Shown here: piece after piece, positions 54,930 through 64,000 of the stretch | Layout of the letters: each line of letters begins with the position of its first letter | How positions within the stretch are numbered: the stretch's first letter is position 1 | Source of the DNA: a virus | Taxonomy: Duplodnaviria > Caudoviricetes | DNA: 64,000 bases | Virus record (IMG/VR): IMGVR_UViG_2824987192_000002 | Span: 2,950 to 66,949 of that record | Strand: one strand, 5' to 3' | Translations under genes and position numbers: made by a program | Notes under the pieces: generated by a model | Told to the model about the DNA's origin: nothing | What the model saw: the letters and a program-made list of their open reading frames with translations, nothing else | Databases searched by the model: none

Positions 54930-55838
54930 ATGTCGAAGGGAGATTTTCCGGCGCTGCGAATGATCATAGAAGGAGGCAGGCTTTCCCCTGCTGCTCAATT
55001 CGATCAGGAGCGACTGAATAGTTATCGCCGCGGTACTGTCGTCTATGTTCGCTTCACAGAGGAAAAGGATCGCGTTCTTGTACGCAAGTGGTGGGCAATC
55101 CTTAGCCTTGTCGTCAAGCAGTGCGATACGCCGTGGAAGACAAAGGAAGAGGCCAGCGAGGCAATCAAGCTCGCTCTCGGTATCGTCAATCTTTCGAAGA
55201 CGGTCGGAGGTCAGTTTATGCAGTATCCGAAATCCCTTACCGAACTCGACGACCCGGAGATGACCGAAGCTCTGGAGAATATGACCGAGCTTCTATCACG
55301 CATGACTGGCGTTGATGTTGCGACCTTGAAAAAAGAAACGGCTCATATCCGCGAAGAGGATCACGATCCATCAACCGGCGAAATCATTGAACAAGAACCC
55401 GGCGAGCGCCCTCTCGCCGGCGCAGACGAGTCCCCGCATAATTCCTCGTCTGCCGAGCCTGCCGATCACGCCCCCGATTTGGCAGGCTCACCCCATACCG
55501 ACACAACGGATTCCCGTGGCGGATCTGTGTCGGTCGAGTCCTTCGGTGGTGGTGGCTCGACATCGTCACCGGAGGCTCCAACCCTTATCGACTGCGCTCG
55601 TGAAATGCTCTCTCTCACCGTCATGAGTTATTCGGATGACGAAGAGCGGGTAGCCGCCATCGGACAGTGTGCTGGTGAATGGAAGGTGAAACTTCCTGAC
55701 GATCAGAAGAAGATTGATTCTATCCTCATCGCTGCAAACGCGGTCTCCACAAAGAACAGGACGCTTCTCCAAGCCCGGTCTTTCCTTTCCGGTGTTCTTG
55801 AGTGCAGTTTGGAAGATCTGGAGAGCGATAATGGATGA
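54930..55838 (+). CDS. Recombination-associated protein (NinB/Orf-like N-terminus)
   Basis: RKWWAIL..IKLALG..YPKSLTELDD. Confidence 0.55.
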   Translation: MSKGDFPALRMIIEGGRLSPAAQFDQERLNSYRRGTVVYVRFTEEKDRVLVRKWWAILSLVVKQCDTPWKTKEEASEAIKLALGIVNLSKTVGGQFMQYPKSLTELDDPEMTEALENMTELLSRMTGVDVATLKKETAHIREEDHDPSTGEIIEQEPGERPLAGADESPHNSSSAEPADHAPDLAGSPHTDTTDSRGGSVSVESFGGGGSTSSPEAPTLIDCAREMLSLTVMSYSDDEERVAAIGQCAGEWKVKLPDDQKKIDSILIAANAVSTKNRTLLQARSFLSGVLECSLEDLESDNG

Positions 55839-56457
55839 ATCTAGTTCATGCTCGATTTCTGGCTGCGACAAGCTTCAGTACCGCAAGGGCTACTGCCAAG
55901 CGCATTACAGGCGCCTTTTGCGGCACGGGGACCCGCTAGCAGGCGGCACGTTTGAAGGTGACCCCCTGCGCTTCATCAACGAAGTCGCCATGCTCCACAC
56001 TTCCGACGAGTGTCTGTCTTGGCCGTTTAGCAAGGGCAGAAACGGCTATGGACAGATCAGGATCGACGGCAAGACGGCTACTGCTTCTCGCTACGTCTGC
56101 GAACTCGCACACGGAGCTCCTCCAACTCCAAAACACGAGGCGGCGCACAGCTGCGGCAAAGGCCATCTCGGATGCATCAGCCCTGGGCATCTGGACTGGA
56201 AGACGAAGACAGAGAACCAAGCTGACAGGTTAGTCCACGGCACGCTGATGCGTGGCGAACGACACGGCCAAGCCAAGCTCACAGAGAATGACGTACGCGA
56301 TATATTGGCCCTGAAGGGCAATGTGACGCAAAGCAAGATGGCTAAGCGGTTCGGTGTGACGCGCCAGACTATCAGTTACATCCAATGCGGTAAAAGACGG
56401 GCTTGGCCTACTGATGGCCCGTCCACCCTCCGCAGCCAGTCTGAACCGGTAGAGTAA
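55831..56457 (+). CDS. HNH endonuclease, paralog of 8417..9001
   Basis: CSISGC..GYCQAH, ECLSWPF..GYG, HEAAHSCGKGHLGC, AKLTE. Confidence 0.85.
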   Translation: MDESSSCSISGCDKLQYRKGYCQAHYRRLLRHGDPLAGGTFEGDPLRFINEVAMLHTSDECLSWPFSKGRNGYGQIRIDGKTATASRYVCELAHGAPPTPKHEAAHSCGKGHLGCISPGHLDWKTKTENQADRLVHGTLMRGERHGQAKLTENDVRDILALKGNVTQSKMAKRFGVTRQTISYIQCGKRRAWPTDGPSTLRSQSEPVE

Positions 56458-56467
56458 GGGGAAGGAT

Positions 56468-56713
56468 ATGGAAATCGTCGAACACGCATGGGCGGCATTC
56501 TGGCCGTCCGGAACTCCAAGGGCGTTTATCCTCGCAAATACAGCTCGCGATACCCGTAGGGCATCATGCGAAGCGATTGGCAAAACGTGGGCTCGGGAAG
56601 GTGGAACGGAGATGCAGGGTTGGAAGCGTGCTTATCGAGCTGGGTGCCGGGTTGGGCGTGTCACTTTGCGTCTGAACCCTGCATACTTCCCTCATCAGGA
56701 GCCCAAACAATGA
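56468..56713 (+). CDS. Hypothetical protein
   Basis: AAGGA RBS; GWKRAYRAGCRV. Confidence 0.55.
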   Translation: MEIVEHAWAAFWPSGTPRAFILANTARDTRRASCEAIGKTWAREGGTEMQGWKRAYRAGCRVGRVTLRLNPAYFPHQEPKQ

Positions 56714-57978
56714 CCGGACAGACAGATCATGAGAAGGCTATTGACGCTGCTGTTGCCGCATATTGGGCGGCTTTCACAATGGATGATGAATATTCCCGGC
56801 AAGAGATTGAAGCGGCAATAAGCGCCTATCTCAAAGCCCGCAATGCCGAGCCGGTGGCATGGTACATGATTGACGGCCTTGGATGCTATTACATCACAAT
56901 GAGCCGTGCACAAGCTAAAGCATGGCCTTCGGCAACGCCACTCTACGCCTCACACTCTCCATCTGAAGGAGGAGGAGCGGAGGGCCGCCGCATGACTGTT
57001 GTCGAAAAACTTCAGCGCGTTCTCCAAACCATGACGAGCGACGACGTGTCTGCCGCCAGATCTCCGAATCGCGAACGGTTCGTAGAGCGCTCGAGGCTTT
57101 TGCTCGAATGCATTGAGGAACTTGGCTCTCCGTCGCCCGTCCCACTTTCAGCCGGCGGAAGATACATCAACCCGGCAAACGGCGTTGTCTTCGTCGTCGC
57201 GGGAGAAGACGACGACGTCGTCTCATTCAAGGCCGAAGGCAGTGAGACGCTGCGGTATCTCGGCCGAGCCGAGTTCGACAAGCGTTTCGAACCGGTCTCC
57301 CCATCGCCCTCGCCACAAACGGTGGTGCCCTCCATTGAGGGCGGACGCTTCGAAACATGGTCGCTGGCTGACTTCGCAGGCCAGTGCCGCATGCAGGCTC
57401 GTGAGCAGCTCGATCCGGAATTCTCGCAGTTCATGGCGGCGCTCGGGCAAAGGCTTGCTGAGGTCGCATCTCTGCTCGACGACCCTGTGCCCGATGCCAT
57501 GCTGGCCTTCGTCGATAACGTTGATCGATGGGGAGCATTCGAGTGGTTCAATCGAATGGCGTGGGCTATTCGCGCGCAAGACAAGGCGGTCATTGAGGCC
57601 TACCGCGCCAAGGGAGACATGCCTATCCTAGACACGTTCAAGAACATCGCCCTTTCGAGTGCGATGCGACTGGTACGCGACTATGAAGACGAGGTTCGTC
57701 TATCCCTCGCGACAAGGCCCGCTCCCGCTGAACATGTGCTTGGGGGTGATCAGCACCCTGACGATATCGCCGTCGACCAATTTGCCGCCGCCATGAAAGC
57801 CAAGCTTGCCAAGAAACGCGAGGAAGGCCGCGGCGGCTGGGACGATCCAAAGCAATGCTCACTCTCCCACCTCGGCAAACTCCTCGTCGAGCACATCGAG
57901 AAAGGCGATCCCGTCGATATCTGCAACTTCGCCATGATGATCCACCAGCGCGCAATTACGGAGGCCGATCATGGCTGA
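56710..57978 (+). CDS. Mosaic multi-module phage protein
   Basis: EPVAW..PLYA module; C-term HPDDIAVDQFAAAMKAKLAKKR..KGDPVDICNFAMM. Confidence 0.7.
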   Translation: MTGQTDHEKAIDAAVAAYWAAFTMDDEYSRQEIEAAISAYLKARNAEPVAWYMIDGLGCYYITMSRAQAKAWPSATPLYASHSPSEGGGAEGRRMTVVEKLQRVLQTMTSDDVSAARSPNRERFVERSRLLLECIEELGSPSPVPLSAGGRYINPANGVVFVVAGEDDDVVSFKAEGSETLRYLGRAEFDKRFEPVSPSPSPQTVVPSIEGGRFETWSLADFAGQCRMQAREQLDPEFSQFMAALGQRLAEVASLLDDPVPDAMLAFVDNVDRWGAFEWFNRMAWAIRAQDKAVIEAYRAKGDMPILDTFKNIALSSAMRLVRDYEDEVRLSLATRPAPAEHVLGGDQHPDDIAVDQFAAAMKAKLAKKREEGRGGWDDPKQCSLSHLGKLLVEHIEKGDPVDICNFAMMIHQRAITEADHG

Positions 57979-58369
57979 TCGCAAAACTAAGACGTTCCCG
58001 ATAGACGCCGTCATGTCCACGCTGACCGGCTTCCTCGTGTCAGAGAGTGGCATTGGATGCGTTTATGAAGTTCTCAACTGGATGACGGGCGAGAGCGTCT
58101 ACACGCATCAGATCCCGCGCATCAGCCGCGAGGCGCGCCCCGTGCTGCTGGCGGAATACCCTGACATGCAAGGCGCAATCGACGAGGCGAAACAGGTCAA
58201 CGGTGAGAACTGGCGCGACTGGCTCGCCACATGGACAGAGCGCTACGGCACAGAGATCGCCGTGCCTGTCATGAACATTGCAGAGCACGAGCGCATCGAT
58301 CCTATGTCGGAACTGGCAGAGATGGTCCCATCCGACCGCATCATCGCGATTGGAGTTGAGAAGCCATGA
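57971..58369 (+). CDS. Conserved phage protein
   Basis: VYEVLNWMTGESVYTHQIPR. Confidence 0.7.
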   Translation: MADRKTKTFPIDAVMSTLTGFLVSESGIGCVYEVLNWMTGESVYTHQIPRISREARPVLLAEYPDMQGAIDEAKQVNGENWRDWLATWTERYGTEIAVPVMNIAEHERIDPMSELAEMVPSDRIIAIGVEKP

Positions 58370-58878
58370 CAAACGCTGTCACCCCTGCCGGCTGGAACGA
58401 TCCTGCTACCGCACCGAAAAACGGCACCATGCTTCACCTGCTGATCCTGCCAGGTCAGGAGGAATTGGACGCCTTCACTTCATTCCACGATAGCCGCGAC
58501 CCGTACGAAACAATTGGCTTCAACCAGCTTTCGGACACGACGGTAGATGAATGGCGGTTCGCCGGCTGGGACTGGTGCCACGATTGCATCACCGATGGTC
58601 ATGGCGAGGTTATAGGCTGGCTGCCCTTCGGCAAGACGCCATCCCCCAAGACAAATGTGCGGGCGACCGACAGCTTCGGAAATGACCTTATCGAGCGCGA
58701 GCTTGTGTCCATCGTCCTGCGCATGTCCCGTCATCTTCAGGCCGTGGAAACGCCCGCTGCCAAGAAGCTCAATGACGGTGCGCTCGACTATCTACGCCGC
58801 AAAGGGCTCATGCCTTCTCCACTGCGGGCTGATGAAACCGTCGTGCAATCCGCAACGGAGGGCAGCGGCGATGCCTAA
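58366..58878 (+). CDS. DUF551-like phage protein
   Basis: WNDPATAPKNGT..IGWLP. Confidence 0.6.
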   Translation: MTNAVTPAGWNDPATAPKNGTMLHLLILPGQEELDAFTSFHDSRDPYETIGFNQLSDTTVDEWRFAGWDWCHDCITDGHGEVIGWLPFGKTPSPKTNVRATDSFGNDLIERELVSIVLRMSRHLQAVETPAAKKLNDGALDYLRRKGLMPSPLRADETVVQSATEGSGDA

Positions 58879-59034
58879 AGTCATATTTGATCAAGAGGAT
58901 GTGCGCAAAGCCGTCGATGCGGGTTTGAAGAAAGTGAACCTGATCGAACTCGCGAATGACGACGTGCTTAGGCTTGATAGACTGGACGAGTTCATGTCCG
59001 CGGCCCTAGCCGCCTTATCGGGTAGGGTGAAAAA

Positions 59035-59313
59035 ATGACCGACCGCAGTAACCGTCGTGAGGTTCGAAACCCTGTGCTCGCTCTGCCGGCAGTGAAGCGG
59101 CTCGATGATTTGTCGCCGGAAGCCCGTGAGATCGTCGCCGATATCCTTGGTGACCTAGTCACCGATGCCCGCAACCGCGCACAGCAATCTTGGTCGAAGA
59201 ATAAAGGCCCGATGGCCGCATATTGGAAGGCAGTCGGCGCCTATGCCCACCACTTCCGCCGTGTTGTTCGGTCGCCATCACCCTCGAAGGGAAAGGTGGG
59301 GTCCGATGTCTAA
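59035..59313 (+). CDS. Conserved phage protein
   Basis: RNPVLALP..SWSKNKGPMAAYWKAVGAYA. Confidence 0.7.
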   Translation: MTDRSNRREVRNPVLALPAVKRLDDLSPEAREIVADILGDLVTDARNRAQQSWSKNKGPMAAYWKAVGAYAHHFRRVVRSPSPSKGKVGSDV

Positions 59314-59426
59314 TCCCACCCACCAGCCCAACCCCGTAAAGCAGCTACGGGCCATTGCCGTATTGATGGCAAAGCAGGCTGCGGAGAACGAGCGGGTCGA
59401 GCGAGAAGAAAGGGAGATTGCCAAGG

Positions 59427-59630
59427 ATGTTTGAGCACAGGATCAAACATGGAATCGTGACCCTCTGCATAGTCAAGAGCGAGGATCGCAAGGCTGCAAT
59501 CAATGCAGCGGTAAAGCGTGTCATCGAATTTCAACGAAAGGGCTTCACGCCTAGGATCACCAACGTTGATGCCGAAACATGGGCGCTCGTTGAAGATGTT
59601 CATAACTGGCCAAAGACGGTGGTGCAATGA
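59427..59630 (+). CDS. Hypothetical protein
   Basis: Coupled small ORF. Confidence 0.45.
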   Translation: MFEHRIKHGIVTLCIVKSEDRKAAINAAVKRVIEFQRKGFTPRITNVDAETWALVEDVHNWPKTVVQ

Positions 59631-59884
59631 TGTGGACGCCTTACGAGATAGAAATCATCCTGCACCACAACTGCAGCCTTGCGCCGTTCGAAAGGAACAC
59701 CGCTCCCAGCTATTGGCCAACCGTCAAGCGCCTCGTGGATGTCGGCATCTTGCGTCGGGGTGATATCGAAAGCCCTGTCGAGACGACGGATCTAGGTAAG
59801 GGCCTCGTCCGTCTCTGGTGCGAGACTCCTATACCGGTTCAGCAGTTCGTTGACCCACGTTTCATGGGAGGTGGCGCCGAATGA
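59627..59884 (+). CDS. Small winged-helix-like protein
   Basis: TPYEIEIILHH..TTDLGKGLV..VDPR. Confidence 0.6.
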   Translation: MMWTPYEIEIILHHNCSLAPFERNTAPSYWPTVKRLVDVGILRRGDIESPVETTDLGKGLVRLWCETPIPVQQFVDPRFMGGGAE

Positions 59885-60249
59885 CATCCTTCATGAAAGA
59901 GCCATGCGCTCATTGCCCCTTCCGTCGAGACGTTCGCCCTTTCCTCCATGTAGAGCGGGCTGAAGACATCGCCTACTCGGCGCAGAACCCGTATTCGGAA
60001 TTCCTGTGCCACAAGACCATCGAACACGATGACGAGACGGGCGAAGGGATTGCGACCCGAAAGTCTCTGACATGCGCCGGGTTTCTGTCCATGCAGATCA
60101 ACGAAGCAGGGGTAAAGCCGCCTCGTGGGTTCAAAGTCAGTGAATTGGCATACGACAACTGCCGCGAGATGATCGACGCCTATTGCGATGAAGAAGAAGG
60201 TAATTGGAAACCACCTGCATGGCTCCTGAAGAAGGAGCCTGCAACATGA
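59881..60249 (+). CDS. Cys/His Zn-binding phage protein
   Basis: PCAHCPFRRD..FLCHKT..TCAG. Confidence 0.7.
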   Translation: MTSFMKEPCAHCPFRRDVRPFLHVERAEDIAYSAQNPYSEFLCHKTIEHDDETGEGIATRKSLTCAGFLSMQINEAGVKPPRGFKVSELAYDNCREMIDAYCDEEEGNWKPPAWLLKKEPAT

Positions 60250-60668
60250 GCCGCCGCGAATTTTCCCGTAACCAGAAAGAGCAGATCGTCGAGCGTGCCC
60301 GTACCGCCTCTGGGAACGTCGCCTGCGAGCGTTGCGGCTTGGTGCTGAAGAAAGGGGCATGGGAAATCGATCACGTGATTCCCGAGGCTCTACGACCGGA
60401 AGCCGACAAGCAGCGCAAGATAACCATCGCCGAAGGCCAGTTGCTAGGCTTCTGCTGCCATCGCGGCAAAGACGGCAAGACGAACGATGATGTGAAGAAG
60501 ATAGCCAAGGCCAAGCGGGTTTATAATGCCGCTCACGGGCTCAAGGCGGCCACGCAGAAGCCCATTCGCAGCGCGGGCTTCCCTCAGTCACCAAAGGCTG
60601 CAAAGCGACTCCCTAAGCCCGCGTTGCCGCCAAGGGCCATGTTCAAACCGGTGGATGAGTCGAGATGA
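60246..60668 (+). CDS. HNH nuclease-like protein
   Basis: RREFS..CERCG..EIDHVIP..CCH..KT..D..IAKAKR. Confidence 0.8.
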   Translation: MSRREFSRNQKEQIVERARTASGNVACERCGLVLKKGAWEIDHVIPEALRPEADKQRKITIAEGQLLGFCCHRGKDGKTNDDVKKIAKAKRVYNAAHGLKAATQKPIRSAGFPQSPKAAKRLPKPALPPRAMFKPVDESR

Positions 60669-60979
60669 GAGGGACTGTAGAGCAAGCCATATCGGACGCC
60701 ATTGACGAGATCAATCGCCTACGCATCGAACTTGCTGGCAAAGAGACGGAATCTCTAGGGTACCTCAAGGCGGTTGGCGAATTACAAAAGCGCAACGATG
60801 ACGCAGCAGACGAGATCGAGCGGCTTAGGAAGGCATTGGAGCCGTTTGCCGATGAAGCCGCCTGCTATGATCCCGACAACGGAGATGGCGATGATACAGT
60901 TTGGGCAACACCGGCATATTTCAAAATCAGGGATCTCCGACGCGCCAGGGCTGCTCTCGACGCTGTAAAGGATAGGTAG
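60665..60979 (+). CDS. Hypothetical protein
   Basis: AADEIERLRKALEPFA..DLRRARAAL. Confidence 0.65.
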   Translation: MRGTVEQAISDAIDEINRLRIELAGKETESLGYLKAVGELQKRNDDAADEIERLRKALEPFADEAACYDPDNGDGDDTVWATPAYFKIRDLRRARAALDAVKDR

Positions 60980-60980
60980 G

Positions 60981-61199
60981 ATGACGCGAGCCGCTTTTCG
61001 CCAAGCCGACATGGAGCGCATCTTCCGAGCCGCCAAGTCTCAGGGGATGGCGGTAACGATCGATATCAAAACGCTGGTTGTCACCGCTATCCCCGATATC
61101 CACAAGCAGAAAATGGTTGACGCCCCCTCAATTGACCCAGGCATGGTTCCATCGGGCAATCTCGCCCCTGATGGAAAGGAAGATTGGGATGAGGACTGA
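60981..61199 (+). CDS. Excisionase-like small protein
   Basis: AAFRQADMERIFRAAK; overlaps integrase start. Confidence 0.55.
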   Translation: MTRAAFRQADMERIFRAAKSQGMAVTIDIKTLVVTAIPDIHKQKMVDAPSIDPGMVPSGNLAPDGKEDWDED

Positions 61200-62331
61200 T
61201 AGGCCCGGTTACCAGTACCGGGATAACAAAGATGGGTCTCGCGCCCACTACTGGAATCCGAAACGGGCGGTCAAGGGAGCACCTGCCGCCCTTTCTGCTA
61301 TCCGGCTTGATGATGGTTTATCTGATGAGCAAATCGCCGCAGAATGCCAGCGCCGAACAAACGAACTAAAAGCCGAACTCGTAGAACGCAGCGTCCCGCA
61401 TCAGTTCGACGGCACAATCAAATCCCTGATTACCTGCTACCGGAATGACAAGACCAGCACCTTGCATTCCGTGAAGCATTCAACTCGCATAAGGGATTAT
61501 GAGCCGAGCCTTCGTGTGCTAGAAAAGAACGTCGGGAAACGTCGCGTTGACGCATTGCGGGCTTCCGACTTCCGGGAGTGGTTTGCCAATTGGCGCAAAA
61601 AGGGCCACAGAAGGGCGTCAGGCGCGATCAAGCTCTTGCGGGTGATAATCTCCTATGGAGCAGGAGAACGCTTCCACGGCTGCGCACAGGCCAGACTGAT
61701 ACTGTCTGACATGCGATTCGAGCAGCCGGCGGCGCGTACCGTGGCAATGACCTACGACCAATGCCTAGCAATCGTGAAGAAAAGTGCCGAACTCAAATGC
61801 CCCTCGATTGGCTTTGTCGAGGCCGTCAAGTTCGAAACGGCTCTTCGCCGCATCGATGTCATCGGGGAATGGGCGCCGCCGCCCGGTGGTGGGGAATTCC
61901 GCTGGTCGGGCCTGATGGCCAAGGACATATCAAGAGATATGATCCTGTCGCTCAAGACGAGCAAGACCGGTGCTGCGGTTGCACGCGATCTGAAAGAATA
62001 TCCACTCGTCCAGGAGGCTTTAAAAGCCTACCGCATTCCCGATATTGGCCCTGTTGTCATCGATGAAGATCACGGCAAGCCATATTGGGAGAACCGCTAT
62101 ACGGAAAAATTCCGTAAGGTTCGCGATGCGGCTGGAGTTCCTTCGAACGTTTGGTCGATGGATTCCCGAGCTGGGGCTGTCACGGAAACGGAGGAGGCTA
62201 CTGGCTCTCTGGAAGATGCCAGCAAATTGGCAACCCACAGCACGACGAAGACGACTCGGCGCTATAGCCGGGGCGACGGTTTGGAAAAGAGCCGGGAAAT
62301 AGCGAAGGCTCGTGCCAAAAAGCGCGGCTGA
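61189..62331 (+). CDS. int: Tyrosine integrase
   Basis: R (ETALRRID), K (KTSKTG), MDSR, ATH, catalytic Y (TTRRYSR); abuts tRNA. Confidence 0.9.
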   Translation: MRTDRPGYQYRDNKDGSRAHYWNPKRAVKGAPAALSAIRLDDGLSDEQIAAECQRRTNELKAELVERSVPHQFDGTIKSLITCYRNDKTSTLHSVKHSTRIRDYEPSLRVLEKNVGKRRVDALRASDFREWFANWRKKGHRRASGAIKLLRVIISYGAGERFHGCAQARLILSDMRFEQPAARTVAMTYDQCLAIVKKSAELKCPSIGFVEAVKFETALRRIDVIGEWAPPPGGGEFRWSGLMAKDISRDMILSLKTSKTGAAVARDLKEYPLVQEALKAYRIPDIGPVVIDEDHGKPYWENRYTEKFRKVRDAAGVPSNVWSMDSRAGAVTETEEATGSLEDASKLATHSTTKTTRRYSRGDGLEKSREIAKARAKKRG

Positions 62332-62376
62332 CACGGCATGACACGGGTGACACGCCTGTTATCTAAGTAATTGAAA
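62329..62376 (+). other. Attachment-site arm: three TGACACG repeats and IHF-like site
   Basis: TGACACG at 62329, 62339, 62348; TAAGTAATTGAAA 62364-62376. Confidence 0.6.
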
Positions 62377-62380
62377 GTAT

Positions 62381-62454
62381 TGGAGCGGGTAGCGGGAATC
62401 GAACCCGCGTATTCAGCTTGGAAGGCTGCTGCTCTACCATTGAGCTATACCCGC
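62381..62454 (-). tRNA. tRNA-Gly (TCC), prophage attachment locus
   Basis: GCGGGTATAGCTCAATGGTAGAGC..CTTCCAA..GGTTCGATTCCCGCTACCCGCTCCA. Confidence 0.97.
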
Positions 62455-62478
62455 GGGGTGGTCCGATCCAATGACGAA

Positions 62479-62563
62479 TGGTGGAGAGAGTTGGATTTGA
62501 ACCAACGTAGGCTGAGCCAACGGATTTACAGTCCGTCCCCTTTAACCACTCGGGCATCTCTCC
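62479..62563 (-). tRNA. tRNA-Tyr (GTA)
   Basis: GGAGAGATGCCCGAGTGGTTAAAGGG..CTGTAAA..long variable arm..GTTCAAATCC..CCA. Confidence 0.97.
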
Positions 62564-62767
62564 AGTTTTTCGTCCGGATCTTGAAGACCAAGTTCGTCAG
62601 ACTTTGAAGCGTTGCCGCCCCGTCGTCTGCGCCGCGTATATGACCGGACGATTTCAGTCTGTCAACACGATGACAATGGAAAATACAGGAAAAATTTCAT
62701 TGTCCGTTGAAAGCCGGCGCATGAAAGAAGGCCTATGCGGCAACAAGCGCCATCGTTATAAAGCCGC

Positions 62768-63658
62768 ATGAGCAAAGATAAAAAATCCGGCGGCACGCCC
62801 GCCACCGACAAGTCCGCAAAAGACACGCATTACGCAACGCTCCGGCGCGCGCACCGCGACGCCAAGCGCGAACGCGGCGAAATCCCGACACCAGCGCCGC
62901 AGAAGCGCAAGCGAGGCGCTGATGACTGGAAGCCGCCGGCGCTCGCCCCCGATCAGGTCTTCCTCTACGGCCTTCATACCGTTCGCGCCGCGCTTGAAAA
63001 CCCTGAACGCAAAAACATCAAGCTCTCGATCACGCAGAACGCGCTTGCGCGACTGGAGGTCGATCCCGACGTGATCGGCATTCCGGTCGAAATGGTTTCG
63101 CCGCAGGATATCGACAAGGTGCTCGGCCCCGAAGCGATCCATCAGGGCGTGCTGCTGGAAACGCGCCCCCTGCCCGTCCGGCGACTGGAAGCGCTGAAGG
63201 ACAGCCCGCTGCTTCTCGTGCTCGATCAGGTGACCGATCCGCACAATGTCGGCGCCATCATGCGCTCGGCCGTCGCCTTCAACGCCGGCGCCGTCATCAC
63301 CACCCAGAGACATAGCCCGACCGAATCGGGCGTGCTTGCCAAATCGGCTTCGGGCGCGCTGGAGCTCATACCTTATATACAGATCACCAATCTCTCGGAT
63401 GCGCTCGGCGAGTTGCACAAGCTCGGCTTCTTCACGATCGGTCTCGATTCGGAAGGGCCGGCGCCGCTCGAAGGCACATTCTCAGGCGGCAGAATCGCGT
63501 TGGTGCTCGGCTCCGAAGGCAAGGGCTTGCGGCAGAAGACACGGGAGACCGTCAGCGCGCTCGCCCGCCTCGATATGCCCGGCGCCATCAAATCGCTGAA
63601 CGTGTCGAATGCCGCGGCGATTGCCCTTTATGCGGCAAGGCTGCACCTGAAGGCATAG
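62768..63658 (+). CDS. rlmB: TrmH/SpoU family 23S rRNA methyltransferase (host)
   Basis: LDQVTDPHNVGAIMRSA, LVLGSEGKG, SLNVSNAA. Confidence 0.9.
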   Translation: MSKDKKSGGTPATDKSAKDTHYATLRRAHRDAKRERGEIPTPAPQKRKRGADDWKPPALAPDQVFLYGLHTVRAALENPERKNIKLSITQNALARLEVDPDVIGIPVEMVSPQDIDKVLGPEAIHQGVLLETRPLPVRRLEALKDSPLLLVLDQVTDPHNVGAIMRSAVAFNAGAVITTQRHSPTESGVLAKSASGALELIPYIQITNLSDALGELHKLGFFTIGLDSEGPAPLEGTFSGGRIALVLGSEGKGLRQKTRETVSALARLDMPGAIKSLNVSNAAAIALYAARLHLKA

Positions 63659-63844
63659 GTGTCAATGCCCGGCTTCTCGGGCAGCCACCACCAATATGTC
63701 GTGGACAGAGGCAAGGATTGCCGCGCTTGCGGTTGAACACCTTCGTTCATGGTCCATATTCCGCCTTGGAAAAGGCCAGCCGGTCATTGTACTCGGCTAT
63801 ACATTCTTTTTTCCAGGGGCGCCGGCAAAAAGGAAATCCACATT

Positions 63845-64000
63845 ATGGCATTTCGACCGCTGATCTTCGGCGTTCTCTTCATCGCGGTCCTTGTCATGAT
63901 CATTCTGAGCCTCATCTGGGTCGATAAATCGCATCCGATCCGGCAGCCCGACCCGCTCGCGCCGACGGCACCGGCAAATCCGCCCCAGCCAGCGCAATAG
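63845..64000 (+). CDS. Small single-TM host protein
   Basis: MAFRPLIFGVLFIAVLVMIILSLIWVD..; AAGGA RBS. Confidence 0.55.
   Translation: MAFRPLIFGVLFIAVLVMIILSLIWVDKSHPIRQPDPLAPTAPANPPQPAQ

Larger units (their letters stand above)
1..62380. mobile_element. Temperate podovirus-like prophage integrated at tRNA-Gly; left end outside window
   Basis: Integrase abutting tRNA-Gly 3' end; divergent CI/Cro switch; terminase-portal-capsid-ejection-fibre-lysis modules; no tape measure or tail tube/sheath gene recognised. Confidence 0.95.

Noticed and set aside
62363-62607. ORFs 62363..62557 and 62371..62607
   Set aside because: Translations of the two tRNA genes
62756-63418. 220-aa minus-strand ORF
   Set aside because: Antisense shadow of rlmB

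Overview
Positions 1 to about 62,380 are a temperate, podovirus-like prophage of an alphaproteobacterium (Rhizobiaceae-like, inferred from GcrA/GapR-like genes and the rlmB / tRNA-Tyr / tRNA-Gly context). It is integrated at the 3' end of tRNA-Gly(TCC); its other end lies beyond the left edge of the window. Minus-strand arm, from right to left: Cro-like early operon (GapR/RMF-like, GcrA, RuvC-like, two amino-methyltransferases, DnaB, HNH, late regulator), a ~650-nt structured non-coding late leader, terminase, portal, GroES, scaffold, capsid, adaptor/nozzle, GNAT, two ejection proteins, fibres, two SGNH hydrolases and a holin/SAR-endolysin/spanin cassette. Plus-strand arm: CI-like repressor, Arc-like protein, pentapeptide-repeat protein, MazG-like protein, Bet recombinase, HNHs, excisionase-like protein and integrase. 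Host tRNA-Gly, tRNA-Tyr and a TrmH/RlmB methyltransferase close the window. The most unusual signals are (i) a short [FYR][AK]xGGx[VI] peptide repeated about 11 times across five morphogenesis proteins, next to a stand-alone duplicated 'GEFVVP' domain and an internal S74 autocleaving chaperone, suggesting a virion-loading or processing address code, and (ii) the multi-domain late-leader RNA. All calls come from reading motifs by eye; no database search or folding program was run.
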